Under the pieces are notes generated by a model. That model had not been told where the DNA came from. It was given only the letters and a program-made list of their open reading frames with translations, and made no database searches. Source: Verrucomicrobiaceae bacterium (GTDB lineage Bacteria; Verrucomicrobiota; Verrucomicrobiia; Verrucomicrobiales; Akkermansiaceae). Taken from it: a DNA stretch of 64,000 nucleotides. The DNA is taken from contig JBPOGH010000006.1 in the NCBI GenBank assembly GCA_051252135.1, forward strand, positions 1 through 64,000, read 5' to 3'. The translations under genes and the position numbers were made by a program. This document shows, piece by piece, positions 28,780 to 38,741 of this stretch. Position 1 is the first letter of the stretch. Each line of letters begins with the position of its first letter.

Positions 28780-30660
28780 ATGGCTGACGAAAAAGATCGC
28801 AAGACCCTCGAAGAACGGCATCAGATGTCCGACCTGGAACGCCTGCGGCACTCATGTGCCCACGTGCTTGCGACCGCGGTCTCGCGGATTTGGCCAGATG
28901 CGCAGTTTGCGGCGGGTCCTCCGGTTGAGGGCGGGTTTTATTACGATGTGGATCTGGAGCACCGGATTACGCCGGACGACTTCGAGAAGATCGAGGCCGA
29001 GATGAAGAAGGTGGTGAAGGAGAATGCGCCCTTTGAGCGGATGGTGGTGAGCCGGGACGAGGCGATGGCGTTGGCGAAGAGCGGGCGTTTGGCATCGGTG
29101 GCGGAGCGTGATGTGGAGTCGATCTTTAAAGTGGATCTGCTCAATGACATTCCCGAGGGCGAGGAGATTTCGATTTTTAAGAACGGTGACTTTTGGGACC
29201 TTTGTGCCGGTCCTCACGTGGGGCGAACGGGGAATTGCAAAGCTTACAAGGTGATGTCGGTGGCGAGCGCGTTTTACAAGGGTGACAAGGACAAGCAGTC
29301 GCTGCAGCGGATTTACGGGACGTGTTTTAAGAACAAGACGATGCTGGATGAGCATCTGGAGCGTCTCGAAGAGGCGAAGAAGCGGGATCATCGTCGACTT
29401 GGGCGTGAGATGGGCTTGTTTACCTTTGATGATTCGGTGGGGCAGGGACTTCCGCTGTGGAAGCCGAAGGGTGGGATCATTCGCCGGCAGCTTCAGGATT
29501 TCATTACGGAGGAGCTGGACAAGCAGGGGTATTTTCAGGTGTTTACGCCGCATATTGGCAAGCTGGATCTTTACCGGACGTCCGGGCATTTTCCGTATTA
29601 TGAGGACAGCCAGTTCCCGCCGATCATTGAGCGGGAAACGATCAAGAAATTGGCTGATGAGGGAGTGGGTTGCTCGGAGCTGATGAACATGGTGCGGACG
29701 GGAGAGATCGAAGGCTTTTTGTTGAAGCCGATGAATTGCCCGCATCACATCAAGATTTTTGATAGCGAGCATCGGAGTTACCGCGACCTGCCGGTGCGTC
29801 TGGCGGAGTTTGGAACGGTTTACCGCTGGGAGCAGTCCGGCGAGTTGGGTGGACTGACGCGGGTGCGTAGTTTCACCCAGGATGACGCCCACCTTTTCTG
29901 CACGGACGAGCAGCTTGGTGACGAGATTCAGAAATGTCTGGGTCTGGTGAAGACCGTTTTGGGAACCTTGGGGATGACGGATTATGGTGTGCGCTTGTCG
30001 CTGCGTGATCCGGACTCCGACAAATACGTGGGTGACCCCGAGAGCTGGGACAAGGCTGAGGCGGCGCTGCGTGAGGCGATTCAGACGCTGGGAGTGGAGT
30101 ATACCGAAGAGCCGGGTGAAGCTGCCTTTTACGGGCCGAAGATCGACTTTGTGGTGAAGGATGTGATCGGTCGCGACTGGCAGCTGGGCACGGTGCAGGT
30201 GGACTACAACAATCCGGAGCGATTTGACCTGAGTTACGTGGGTGCGGACAACAAGCCGCATCGTCCGGTGATGATCCACCGGGCTCCGTTTGGCTCACTG
30301 GAGCGTTTTGTCGGTCTTTTGATTGAGCATTTTGAAGGAAAGTTCCCAACCTGGCTGGCGCCGGAGCAGGTGAGAGTGCTTCCGATTTCGGAGAAATTCA
30401 GCACCGAGGCGAATGCGCTGGTGAAGGAATTGGCTGATGCCGGGGTGCGGGTGACGATCGATGACACCGGTGATAAAATTGGGGCCAAGATTCGTCTTGC
30501 TCGAATGGACCGGGTTCCCTATCTTGCAGTCATTGGAGCACGTGAGGTGGAAGAAAATTCCGTCAGTGTGCGCCATCGGGATCAAGGTGATCTCGGAAGT
30601 ATTTCCACGAATGATTTCGTATCCAGGCTTAAAGAAGACATCTCCAACCGCTCATTGTGA
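28780..30660 (+). CDS. thrS: Threonine--tRNA ligase (no TGS domain)
   Basis: LRHSCAH, DLCAGPH, KPMNCPHH, RVRSFTQDDAH, FYGPKID, HRAPFGSLERF. Confidence 0.98.
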   Translation: MADEKDRKTLEERHQMSDLERLRHSCAHVLATAVSRIWPDAQFAAGPPVEGGFYYDVDLEHRITPDDFEKIEAEMKKVVKENAPFERMVVSRDEAMALAKSGRLASVAERDVESIFKVDLLNDIPEGEEISIFKNGDFWDLCAGPHVGRTGNCKAYKVMSVASAFYKGDKDKQSLQRIYGTCFKNKTMLDEHLERLEEAKKRDHRRLGREMGLFTFDDSVGQGLPLWKPKGGIIRRQLQDFITEELDKQGYFQVFTPHIGKLDLYRTSGHFPYYEDSQFPPIIERETIKKLADEGVGCSELMNMVRTGEIEGFLLKPMNCPHHIKIFDSEHRSYRDLPVRLAEFGTVYRWEQSGELGGLTRVRSFTQDDAHLFCTDEQLGDEIQKCLGLVKTVLGTLGMTDYGVRLSLRDPDSDKYVGDPESWDKAEAALREAIQTLGVEYTEEPGEAAFYGPKIDFVVKDVIGRDWQLGTVQVDYNNPERFDLSYVGADNKPHRPVMIHRAPFGSLERFVGLLIEHFEGKFPTWLAPEQVRVLPISEKFSTEANALVKELADAGVRVTIDDTGDKIGAKIRLARMDRVPYLAVIGAREVEENSVSVRHRDQGDLGSISTNDFVSRLKEDISNRSL

Positions 30661-30790
30661 TGCGGGCTGTCGAGTCGTCACCGCGCATTTCTCACAATGA
30701 ATGCGCAGTCCTGTAATGGTCCGGCTGCACGGACCCTCCCCCTTTTGTTTCCTTCACAGGAATCAAATCTAAACCACAACCGCTAGAGTC

Positions 30791-31483
30791 ATAGCTAAGA
30801 AGAAAAAGAAGTTCAAAAGAGCGCGCCGGGACATGACCCGGGTGAACGAGAAAATTCGCGCCCCGAAGATCCGTGTTGTTTATGGCGAAGGCCAGCAGCT
30901 CGGTGTGATGACCCCTCACGAGGCGCTTGCGAAGGCGAAGTCCGTAGGACTGGATCTTGTCGAGATCGCCGCAAAGGCAGACCCACCGGTTTGCCGGATC
31001 GTTGATTACGGAAAGTACAAGTATGAGCAGGCCAAGCTCAAGAAGACTTCCAAGAGCAAAGCGGTGACGAAGATGAAGGAAGTGAAATTCCGGGTTCGTA
31101 CCGAGGAGCATGACTACAACATCAAGTGCGCCCGCGCGGAGAAATTCCTCGATGAAGGCCACAAGGTGCGTGTTCAGCTTCAGTTCCGTGGTCGTGAGAA
31201 CGCTCACCGTGAGATCGGTTTTGTGGTGATGAACAAGGTCAAAGATGACCTGACGCACATTGCGCACGTGGACATGGAGCCCAAGCTCGCGGGACGTGCG
31301 ATTGGCATGGTTCTTTCACCTCTGCCGGAAGAGAAGCGGGTGCGTAAGTTCCTTCTTTCCCATGGCGAACTCATTCACGAAGACGAAGCCAAGGACGAAG
31401 AGTTTGAGGATTCGGACGACATTGAGGTTGAGGATTCGGATGCTGTCGATTCAGATGAGAATGACGGCGAAGAGGAAGAGTGA
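30791..31483 (+). CDS. infC: Translation initiation factor IF-3, probable non-canonical ATA start (first ATG at 30833)
   Basis: VNEKIRA, LDLVEIA...PPVCRIVDYGKYKY, FRGRE; follows thrS. Confidence 0.93.
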   Translation: MAKKKKKFKRARRDMTRVNEKIRAPKIRVVYGEGQQLGVMTPHEALAKAKSVGLDLVEIAAKADPPVCRIVDYGKYKYEQAKLKKTSKSKAVTKMKEVKFRVRTEEHDYNIKCARAEKFLDEGHKVRVQLQFRGRENAHREIGFVVMNKVKDDLTHIAHVDMEPKLAGRAIGMVLSPLPEEKRVRKFLLSHGELIHEDEAKDEEFEDSDDIEVEDSDAVDSDENDGEEEE

Positions 31484-31489
31484 TTCCTA

Positions 31490-32161
31490 ATGGGGAAGCT
31501 CATCCTTTTTGATGTCGATTGCACCCTGGTGAACACCGGGGGTGCGGGCATCACTGCGCTTCAAGATGCGGTGAAGGTGGTCTTCGGAAACGAAGGCCCG
31601 CCGCTGGATTTGGCAGGGAGCACGGACAGCGGAATTGTCCGTGGGCTTTTTGAGCATTTTGGGAAGCCCTTTGATGCTGAGGTCGAAGCTGAGTTCTACC
31701 GGGTTTATCTTCCTTTGATGGAGGCGAACCTGCGGGACGAAAGTTTTGGCGGGCGGGTGTTAGATGGAGTGCATGAGCTACTTCCCGATCTGGAGGAAGC
31801 GGGGCATACCTTGGGTTTGCTTACGGGGAATATCGAACGGGGTGGATTGATCAAGGTGGCTCACTACGGGCTGGCGGAGCATTTTCAGTTTGGTTCCTAC
31901 GGTGATGATCACTGGGACCGGAATAAGCTGGGGCCGATCGCGATTGAGCGGGCGAATGTTCATACGGGGCGAAATTTCACGTCCGACGATGTGATTGTGG
32001 TGGGAGATACGTGCAAGGATGTTGCGTGTGCGCAAGCGATCGGTGCGCCTTGCCTGGCGGTAGCGACGGGGAGTGTTTCGGCAGAGCAGCTGGAGCGGTG
32101 CGGCGCGGATTTGGTGGTGGCTGATTTGCTTTCTCCGGAGGTGCGGAGGTTTTTGGTTTAG
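31490..32161 (+). CDS. HAD family hydrolase
   Basis: LFDVDCTLV, LLTGN, VVGDTCKD. Confidence 0.9.
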   Translation: MGKLILFDVDCTLVNTGGAGITALQDAVKVVFGNEGPPLDLAGSTDSGIVRGLFEHFGKPFDAEVEAEFYRVYLPLMEANLRDESFGGRVLDGVHELLPDLEEAGHTLGLLTGNIERGGLIKVAHYGLAEHFQFGSYGDDHWDRNKLGPIAIERANVHTGRNFTSDDVIVVGDTCKDVACAQAIGAPCLAVATGSVSAEQLERCGADLVVADLLSPEVRRFLV

Positions 32162-32221
32162 GTTATAAACCGGTGGGGTTTTTCCCATGGCGGCGGTTAT
32201 TGCGGATGTTATTCTGGTGGC

Positions 32222-32611
32222 ATGATGAGGATGAAAAAGGGGCTGAAGCCGGTGAGTCCCAACAATCGGGCCGGCTTTTATTTGAAGACCGACCTTCCGC
32301 GAGGGAAGGGGCGATCCTCGATTGGAGGGGGGACCGTCTCAAATTATTCTCCGGTGACGGCGTGGCGTTATGGCTATCTGTTGCTCGCGGGAGTGATTGG
32401 ATTTTTTGCGCTCGGGATGTGGGCTTACTTTTCCGGGGAGCTGATCTATTTGGGATACGCTGCGATGGTGCTGGTGCTGACCAACATTTTTTTGGCGGTG
32501 GGCGAGATGGCGCTGCAGAGGGAGATTCCGCAGCGGAGTGTGGTGGTGGCGTGCCTCTGGATCCCGGTTGGCTTGATGGCGGTCTTCCAGATTTTTAGTT
32601 CGATCTTCTGA
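32222..32611 (+). CDS. Hypothetical membrane protein (3 TM)
   Basis: ORF fills the gap; three hydrophobic segments. Confidence 0.55.
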   Translation: MMRMKKGLKPVSPNNRAGFYLKTDLPRGKGRSSIGGGTVSNYSPVTAWRYGYLLLAGVIGFFALGMWAYFSGELIYLGYAAMVLVLTNIFLAVGEMALQREIPQRSVVVACLWIPVGLMAVFQIFSSIF

Positions 32612-32618
32612 TCGTGCC

Positions 32619-34589
32619 TTAGAACGTGGCGCCGATGGAGAAGTGGAAGGTGCCGGAGTGTTCTCCGGGGTCCTGGGTGAGGGAGTGGCCGTATTCGAGG
32701 CGGATGGGGCCGACGGGGAGGTCGATGCGGAGGCCGAGGCCGAGGGCCATTTCGATATCGGTTGAGAAGAGGTCGCCGGGGTCCTTGGAGAGGGTTCCGG
32801 CATCGAAGAAGAGGACTCCTTTGAGGGGGCCTTTGAGGGTGCGGATGTATTCGGCATTGGCGATCCACCAGGCGGTGCCTCCGGCGGGATAGCCTCCGAC
32901 GTTTGGCCCCATGTCGCGTTGGGCGAAGGAGCGGACGGATTGGGATCCTCCTTCGAATTGGCGGAGGTCGATGGGGAGGTCATCGGAGTTTCCGGTGGGG
33001 AGGATGAAGCCGGAGCGGAGGTTGGCGGCGACGGCGCTCCTGGAACCACGGGTGTCGTAGTAGCTGAGTTGACCTTCCATGGAGAAGTAGCCGACGGACT
33101 CGTCTTTGAGGGCGAGGCCCAGGGCGGTATCGAGTCCGGCATACCAGCCATCCGAGGGGAGGGCGGGATCATCGCGACGGTCGTAGCTTTGATTGAGGTA
33201 GAGGCTGGTGACGAAGTAGTCGCGCGGGCCGAGGGTGGCGATGGGGAGTCCTTCGGATTGGACGCTGGCGAAGATGCCCTGGAGTCCGACGGTGGCGGAG
33301 TAGTGCTCGAATTGGTCAAAGGTGAGCTCGGCACCGATGCCTCCTTCTGATTTGGAGTAGCCCTCGAACTCACGGGTGATGAGGTAGGCGCGTTGGGTGA
33401 AGTTGAGATCACGGCCGAGGAAGAAGGGGTCCTGGAGGGAGACTTCGCCGAGGAGGCCGAGGGAGGTGACTTCGACTCCGGCGTTGAGGTTCTTGAGGGT
33501 GCCGTTGAGGTTTCGGTCGAAGTATCGGGCGCCGAGGATGAGTCCCTCGAAGGAGCCGAGTCCGGCGGAGAGTGAGATGCCTTTGGCGTTGGTTTCCTTG
33601 AGGTGGAGGGTGGCATCGAGTTGGCCGTTGGAGAGGGGTTCTTCCTCGAGACGGACCTGGCTAAAGGCTCCGGTGGAGATGAGTTTTTTGATGCGATCGT
33701 TGATGACGCTTTCGTCGTAGGGTTTGCCTTCGGCGGGGCGGAAGGGGCGGAGGACGGCTTCGGGGTCGGTTTTTTGGAGGCCGGCAGTTTTGACGGTGCG
33801 GAGGTTGTAGCGTGGCCCGGGGGTGATGTTGAGGGTCATGCGGAGGGTGTCCGTGGCGATCTCGGTGTCCTGGGTGAGTTCGATATCGGGATATCCGATT
33901 TGGCGATAGTGGTGGGCGATGGTGAGGCGGATGCGATTGATTCTTTCGGTGGTGGCATTTTTTCCATCGAGGGCGGCCATCTCTTCGAGGAGGGCGGGAC
34001 GCGGGGGGATGGGGGAGAGGAGGATGGGTTCCCTGAGGGTGAAGAGGGGGCCGGGGTTGACGAGGAGGGTGACGGGGATGGTTCCATCCGGGGTGGGGGT
34101 TCCGCGTTGGGCTTCGAGGGTGCTGCTCCAGTAGCCATTGCTTTTGAGGAGGTCGCCGACGCGGGCGGTGCCCTCGAGGACGGCGCTCTTATGGTAGGGG
34201 AGGCGTGCGGATTTTCGTTTGGGGATTTGGAAGGCGGAGAGGAATTGTTCCTGGGCGGGGACGATGTCATTGGTGGGCCACCCTTTGACGTAGATGCCGC
34301 CGAGGTATCGGATGGTGCCGACCTTGGCCTGAAGGAGGATGGTGTCGTTTCCGGGGAGCGACCAGGTGACCTCAGCGTTAGGAGAGCCGTTGGTGCGGAG
34401 GAAGTTTTTGACAAGGAAGGCGGCGTCATCGGCCCGGGAGGGATTGGCGGGGCGTAATTTGACGAAGTAGAGCCGGCCTTCGAGAGTTTCGAGGACTTCC
34501 TTGGCCTGGGCAGCGGGGAGCCCCTCCAGCTGAAGGAGAGAAGCGGAGAGCGAGCCCAGGGAGAGGGCGATGATCAGGAGGAGTCTCAT
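32619..34589 (-). CDS. Omp85 family TamA/BamA-like outer-membrane protein
   Basis: POTRA-like repeats, GGSQSVRSF, GLGLRIDLPVGPIRLEYG, C-terminal FSIGATF. Confidence 0.92.
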   Translation of the reverse strand: MRLLLIIALSLGSLSASLLQLEGLPAAQAKEVLETLEGRLYFVKLRPANPSRADDAAFLVKNFLRTNGSPNAEVTWSLPGNDTILLQAKVGTIRYLGGIYVKGWPTNDIVPAQEQFLSAFQIPKRKSARLPYHKSAVLEGTARVGDLLKSNGYWSSTLEAQRGTPTPDGTIPVTLLVNPGPLFTLREPILLSPIPPRPALLEEMAALDGKNATTERINRIRLTIAHHYRQIGYPDIELTQDTEIATDTLRMTLNITPGPRYNLRTVKTAGLQKTDPEAVLRPFRPAEGKPYDESVINDRIKKLISTGAFSQVRLEEEPLSNGQLDATLHLKETNAKGISLSAGLGSFEGLILGARYFDRNLNGTLKNLNAGVEVTSLGLLGEVSLQDPFFLGRDLNFTQRAYLITREFEGYSKSEGGIGAELTFDQFEHYSATVGLQGIFASVQSEGLPIATLGPRDYFVTSLYLNQSYDRRDDPALPSDGWYAGLDTALGLALKDESVGYFSMEGQLSYYDTRGSRSAVAANLRSGFILPTGNSDDLPIDLRQFEGGSQSVRSFAQRDMGPNVGGYPAGGTAWWIANAEYIRTLKGPLKGVLFFDAGTLSKDPGDLFSTDIEMALGLGLRIDLPVGPIRLEYGHSLTQDPGEHSGTFHFSIGATF

Positions 34590-37500
34590 CGGAAGCGGAT
34601 GGAGAAGACGACCATGGCGCGGGTGGCTCCTTTGTCATCAACAGAAGTGGTGATGGCCCATTTTTCCGAGAGGTCCATGGTGGCGGAGGTGAAGTGGCGG
34701 CCGGAGAAACGGTTGTAGTCACCGAGGTTGAGTTTGATTTGGTCGGAGTTTTTGAGGAGGCGTTCGACGATGCTGTTGGATCCTTCTTTTCCGTAGCGAC
34801 GGCGGAGGCCTTCGATGAGGTACTGAAGGGCTTTTTGGGAGGCGACGGAGCGGTTATTGAGGGCGGATGCGGCGGAGCCGGTGGAAAGGAGGAGGAGGAT
34901 TTCGTTTTCCGGAAGGGGGGGCTCGGAGGTGATGGTGAGCTTGGGATTCGAGACGGTGCCGCCGACGTAGATCTGAACTTCATATCCGCTGACCTGGGAG
35001 GTGGCGCGGACGTCGAGATTCGGTTCGGTGAGTTTGTTGGGGCTGAGGGTGATTTCACCGGAGACGACGCGGAGTTCGGAGAAGGGGAGGTCTGCCTTAA
35101 GGTTATCGGAGGTGATTTTTCCGGAAGTTTGGATGTCGCCGAGGGTGCCGGTGATTCTGGTATCGGCGAGGAGTTGTCCGGTGACGAGATTTCCCCGGAT
35201 GAGGATGGGGTCTTGAGTGACGAGGTGGAGATCGACGGGCCAGTTGGTGTAGGGCTCGGGAAGGGAGTAGAGCTTGGAGGAGTTGACGATGGAGAGATTG
35301 GGAACCTGGGGGCGGGGGGCCTCGCTGGTGGAGATGCCGAAGGGGAGGATTTCGACGTCCTTGTAAACGATGCTTTCGACGAGGGGGACTTTTCCGGCGA
35401 TGCGGGCGGAGTCAAGAGGGCCGACGATGGTGAGGGTGGGGTTGGCGCGGATGGAGTAATCGACATCCCGCCAGATGAGGGTGTTGGAGCCGTTGAGGTT
35501 GAGGTTGATGAAGGGGGTTTCTCCGAGGGTGACGGTGCCGTTGAGGTTTATTTTTCCTCCGGCGGCGGTGATTTCCGAGGGGATGACGGTGATGGTGTTC
35601 TCGCGGAATTTGAGTCGGAGGCGGGAGTCGCGGAAGTCACTGACAGGGGAGTCACTGATGCGTGCGTGGTCGACGGCGAGGTCGGCATCACCGGCGAGTT
35701 CGGGTTTGGCAATGGTGCCGCGTGCGGAGACGTCGACCTTGGCGGTGCCTTGAAGATCCTGGATGGCGGGGAGGAAGGGTTGGAGGCGCTGGAGATTAAG
35801 ACGGGGGGTTTGGGCGTCGAAAAAGAGGGGTTCCTTTTGGAGGGAGCCGGGGTTCTCGATCCATTGTTTGGGGTGAAGGGGGAGGCGTCCGGTGAGGGTG
35901 AGGAGGTCGCCTCCGGGTTCACGGAGATTTCCGTTGAGGAAGAGGGTTTCGTTTTCGGTGCGAAGGGTGGCGGAGAAGTCGGCAGGCGGGAGGTCGGCGA
36001 GGGTGGTGTCCTGAACCTGTTTGAGGTTGAGGTCACCGCTGACGAGTGGTTTGGCGAAGGTGCCGGTGAGATTGAGGGAGGCGGAGGCGGTGCCACGGAG
36101 GGTGTCCTGAGCGCGTGCGAGCGGGAAGGGTGCGAGCTTGAAGTCGAAGTCGATTTTTTCATCGAGGGCGGCGAGGTCATCGAAGTCCCGTGCGCTGAGC
36201 GGGAGGGGGAGTTTTCCCGAACCGGAACCGAGGGGGCCGTTGGGATCCTTGATGGAGAGGCTGGTGACGGTGGCCATGCCCTTGGCCCAGGTGGCGGTGG
36301 AAGTGATGGTGAGGTCCTCGCGTTGGACGGTGAGGCCGGTGAAGGAGAAGGATTCGGGCCAATTCCAGGCGGCCTGGCCGGAGGCGGAGATGGTGGGGGC
36401 GTCTTTGGCGGTGTAGTTGAGGGATTCGATGGTGGCGTTTCCCTGATGGGTTTGGTCCTTGAGATCGCCGAGGGCCTCGAGGGTGAGGTGGGTTTTTCCG
36501 AGGCCGGGGAAGAGTCTGTCGGCGTCGGCAAGGTGGGAGGTGAGGGTGGCCCGGTAAGTTTGGGATTCGGGGATGAAGTGGCCCTTGAGGTGGAGTTGGT
36601 CGAGGGTGTTGGCGGTGAGGGCGGCTTCTTCGCCATTCCATTTTACGGTGCCATCGAAGGGCGGGATTTCTTCCGAGGTGAGGGTCCAATCGAGATTGGC
36701 GAGGGATTTGGGGAGTTCTTCGGCGAGGGTGACGGTGCCTTTTGCGGCGAATGCGCCGGCGAAGGCGTCTCCGATGGCGAAGTCGGTGGTGAGGTCGAGA
36801 TTGGCGTCCTGGTCGTTGAGGTCGGCGATGAGGTTGAGACTGGCAATGCGGTTCTCCTGATAGCTGATGTTCTTGCCTGCGAGGTCGAGGTCGAGGATGC
36901 GGGGGCCGTTTTTTGCAAGTGCGGCGGTGAGGTTGAGGCGGGTGATGGTGCCTTCGAGGGGGAGGTCCTGCTGTGCGAGACGGGCGACATTGGCGAGGTC
37001 GAGCGGGGTATTTCCGAGGGAGAGGGAGTGGGTGGTCCTGAGATCGCTGGAGACGGAGAGATCGGAGCCGGTGAGTTGGAGGGTGGTGTCCAGACGGGAG
37101 GGGGCGTTGAGGGAGAGGTTGCGGAGGCCGAGTTCGGGAAGGAGGTCGAGTTGGTCGATGGCGAGGTGGTCTTTTTGCCAGGTGATGGTGACGGGAGGGG
37201 AGGTGTGGGGTTCGGTTTGGGAGGTGTCGTTGCGAAGGGAGTCGATGAGGAAGGTGTCGGTGTGAGCCTGGTGGGTGAGGCTGCCGATGGAGAGATCGGC
37301 GGTGAAGTCGGCCTTTTTAATGCGGACGTTGAGGTTATTTGCGGTGAGGTCGACGGGTTTTACGAAGGGGAGGATGCCGTTGAGGGTATCGACGAGGGGT
37401 TTCTCCGTTTTGGGTTTTTCGTTGTTTGATTCGGGTGCTTGATCGAGGTCGAGGTGCAGGGTGAGGCCTTCGATGGTGAGGGCGTCGATTTTTCCGGAGG

Positions 37501-37807
37501 TGATGCGGGAGAGGCTGTAGTCGAGATCGGTTTTATCGGCGGAGAATTTTTGGATGAATCCATCGCCGGTGAGGGAGACGTTTTGGAGTTCGTAGCCGCT
37601 GGCGAGATTTCCGGTGAGTTGGTAGTCGCCACTGAGGCCTTGTTTTTCGAGTTGGGAGGCGATGGCTTTTTCGGCCGTCCATCGGGATCCGGGTCCGCTG
37701 AACCAGAGGAGGGCGAGGAGGAGCAGAAGGAAGAGCACGGAGAAGCGCCGAAGCCATTTGCGGCGACGTTTCGGTGGTGCTTCCTGGGGTTCCTCGGGGG
37801 ATGACAT
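34586..37807 (-). CDS. Translocation/assembly module TamB family protein
   Basis: N-terminal TM anchor, beta-taco repeats, DUF490-like GGTVSNPKLTITSEPPLPENEILLLL; adjacent to tamA. Confidence 0.88.
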   Translation of the reverse strand: MSSPEEPQEAPPKRRRKWLRRFSVLFLLLLLALLWFSGPGSRWTAEKAIASQLEKQGLSGDYQLTGNLASGYELQNVSLTGDGFIQKFSADKTDLDYSLSRITSGKIDALTIEGLTLHLDLDQAPESNNEKPKTEKPLVDTLNGILPFVKPVDLTANNLNVRIKKADFTADLSIGSLTHQAHTDTFLIDSLRNDTSQTEPHTSPPVTITWQKDHLAIDQLDLLPELGLRNLSLNAPSRLDTTLQLTGSDLSVSSDLRTTHSLSLGNTPLDLANVARLAQQDLPLEGTITRLNLTAALAKNGPRILDLDLAGKNISYQENRIASLNLIADLNDQDANLDLTTDFAIGDAFAGAFAAKGTVTLAEELPKSLANLDWTLTSEEIPPFDGTVKWNGEEAALTANTLDQLHLKGHFIPESQTYRATLTSHLADADRLFPGLGKTHLTLEALGDLKDQTHQGNATIESLNYTAKDAPTISASGQAAWNWPESFSFTGLTVQREDLTITSTATWAKGMATVTSLSIKDPNGPLGSGSGKLPLPLSARDFDDLAALDEKIDFDFKLAPFPLARAQDTLRGTASASLNLTGTFAKPLVSGDLNLKQVQDTTLADLPPADFSATLRTENETLFLNGNLREPGGDLLTLTGRLPLHPKQWIENPGSLQKEPLFFDAQTPRLNLQRLQPFLPAIQDLQGTAKVDVSARGTIAKPELAGDADLAVDHARISDSPVSDFRDSRLRLKFRENTITVIPSEITAAGGKINLNGTVTLGETPFINLNLNGSNTLIWRDVDYSIRANPTLTIVGPLDSARIAGKVPLVESIVYKDVEILPFGISTSEAPRPQVPNLSIVNSSKLYSLPEPYTNWPVDLHLVTQDPILIRGNLVTGQLLADTRITGTLGDIQTSGKITSDNLKADLPFSELRVVSGEITLSPNKLTEPNLDVRATSQVSGYEVQIYVGGTVSNPKLTITSEPPLPENEILLLLSTGSAASALNNRSVASQKALQYLIEGLRRRYGKEGSNSIVERLLKNSDQIKLNLGDYNRFSGRHFTSATMDLSEKWAITTSVDDKGATRAMVVFSIRFR

Positions 37808-38683
37808 TTACGGGAGGGAGAGGTGGGAGATGATTTCTTGGGCGGATGTGACCGGGGTGAGCCAGGATTCGCGACGGAACCAGTTGGCTTGGCGTTTGGC
37901 GTATTGACGGGTGGAGATGGTGATTAATTCGAGGCAGGTTTCGTAGTCGATGTCACCATTGAGATGAGATTGAATTTCTTTGACCCCGATGGCTTGTTTG
38001 ACGGTAGCAGCGTTTTGAGGAAGTGCCCGAACTTCTTCGATGGCTCCGTTTTTGAGCATGAGGGGGGTGCGTTGGGCGATGCGTTGGATGAGTTGTTCGC
38101 GGGGCCATTGGAGGACGAAGCCCCGGAGGTCGGCTTCATGGGTGGCTTCGGCGAAGTTTTTTCTCAGTTCGGAGGCTTTCTTTCCGGTGAGGAGGCAGAT
38201 TTCGAGGGCGCGGCTGAGGTGGCGGTGGTTGCCGGAGTTTTGGCGAGCGGCTTCTTCTGGATCGAGTTCCAGGAGTTGGCGGTAGATTTCCGCGACGGGG
38301 ATTTTTTCGAGTTTGGCGCGGAGTTCGGGGTCGCCGGGAGGAGCTTCGGTGCGTCCGTGGGTGAGGAATTTGAGGTAGAGTCCGGAGCCGCCGACGACGA
38401 TGGGAAGTTTTCCGCGCGAGGCGATTTCTGCAATGACGGGGCGGGCGAGGGTTTCGTATTGTGCGGCATCGAATGATTCGGTGAGGGGAAGAATGCCGTA
38501 GAGGTGGTGGGGGACTAGCGAGAGTTCATCCGGAGTGGGGGCGGCGGAGAGGACTTCCAATCCGCGATAGACCTGAAAAGCGTCGCCATTGACGATCTCT
38601 CCATCGAGGGCTTGGGCGACCCGGATGGCGGTGGCGCTTTTTCCTGATGCGGTGGGTCCGCAAAGGTAGACGGGAGAGCGCAT
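37808..38683 (-). CDS. miaA: tRNA dimethylallyltransferase
   Basis: GPTASGKS, DAFQVYRG, VGGSGLY, TRQYAKRQ.WF. Confidence 0.97.
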   Translation of the reverse strand: MRSPVYLCGPTASGKSATAIRVAQALDGEIVNGDAFQVYRGLEVLSAAPTPDELSLVPHHLYGILPLTESFDAAQYETLARPVIAEIASRGKLPIVVGGSGLYLKFLTHGRTEAPPGDPELRAKLEKIPVAEIYRQLLELDPEEAARQNSGNHRHLSRALEICLLTGKKASELRKNFAEATHEADLRGFVLQWPREQLIQRIAQRTPLMLKNGAIEEVRALPQNAATVKQAIGVKEIQSHLNGDIDYETCLELITISTRQYAKRQANWFRRESWLTPVTSAQEIISHLSLP

Positions 38684-38685
38684 GA

Positions 38686-38721
38686 TAAAAAAAGCCCGCC
38701 CGGCGTTGCCAGACGGGCTTT
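38686..38721 (-). terminator. Intrinsic terminator after the RRM gene
   Basis: Minus strand AAAGCCCGTCTGGC-AAC-GCCGGGCGGGCTTTTTTT. Confidence 0.8.
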
Positions 38722-38741
38722 AAGATTAACTTACGAAACGG

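Noticed and set aside
34694..37429. 911-aa + strand ORF and similar long antisense ORFs (e.g. 12682-14067, 4889-5833)
   Set aside because: Shadow ORFs of well-supported opposite-strand genes, caused by codon bias; no recognisable motifs
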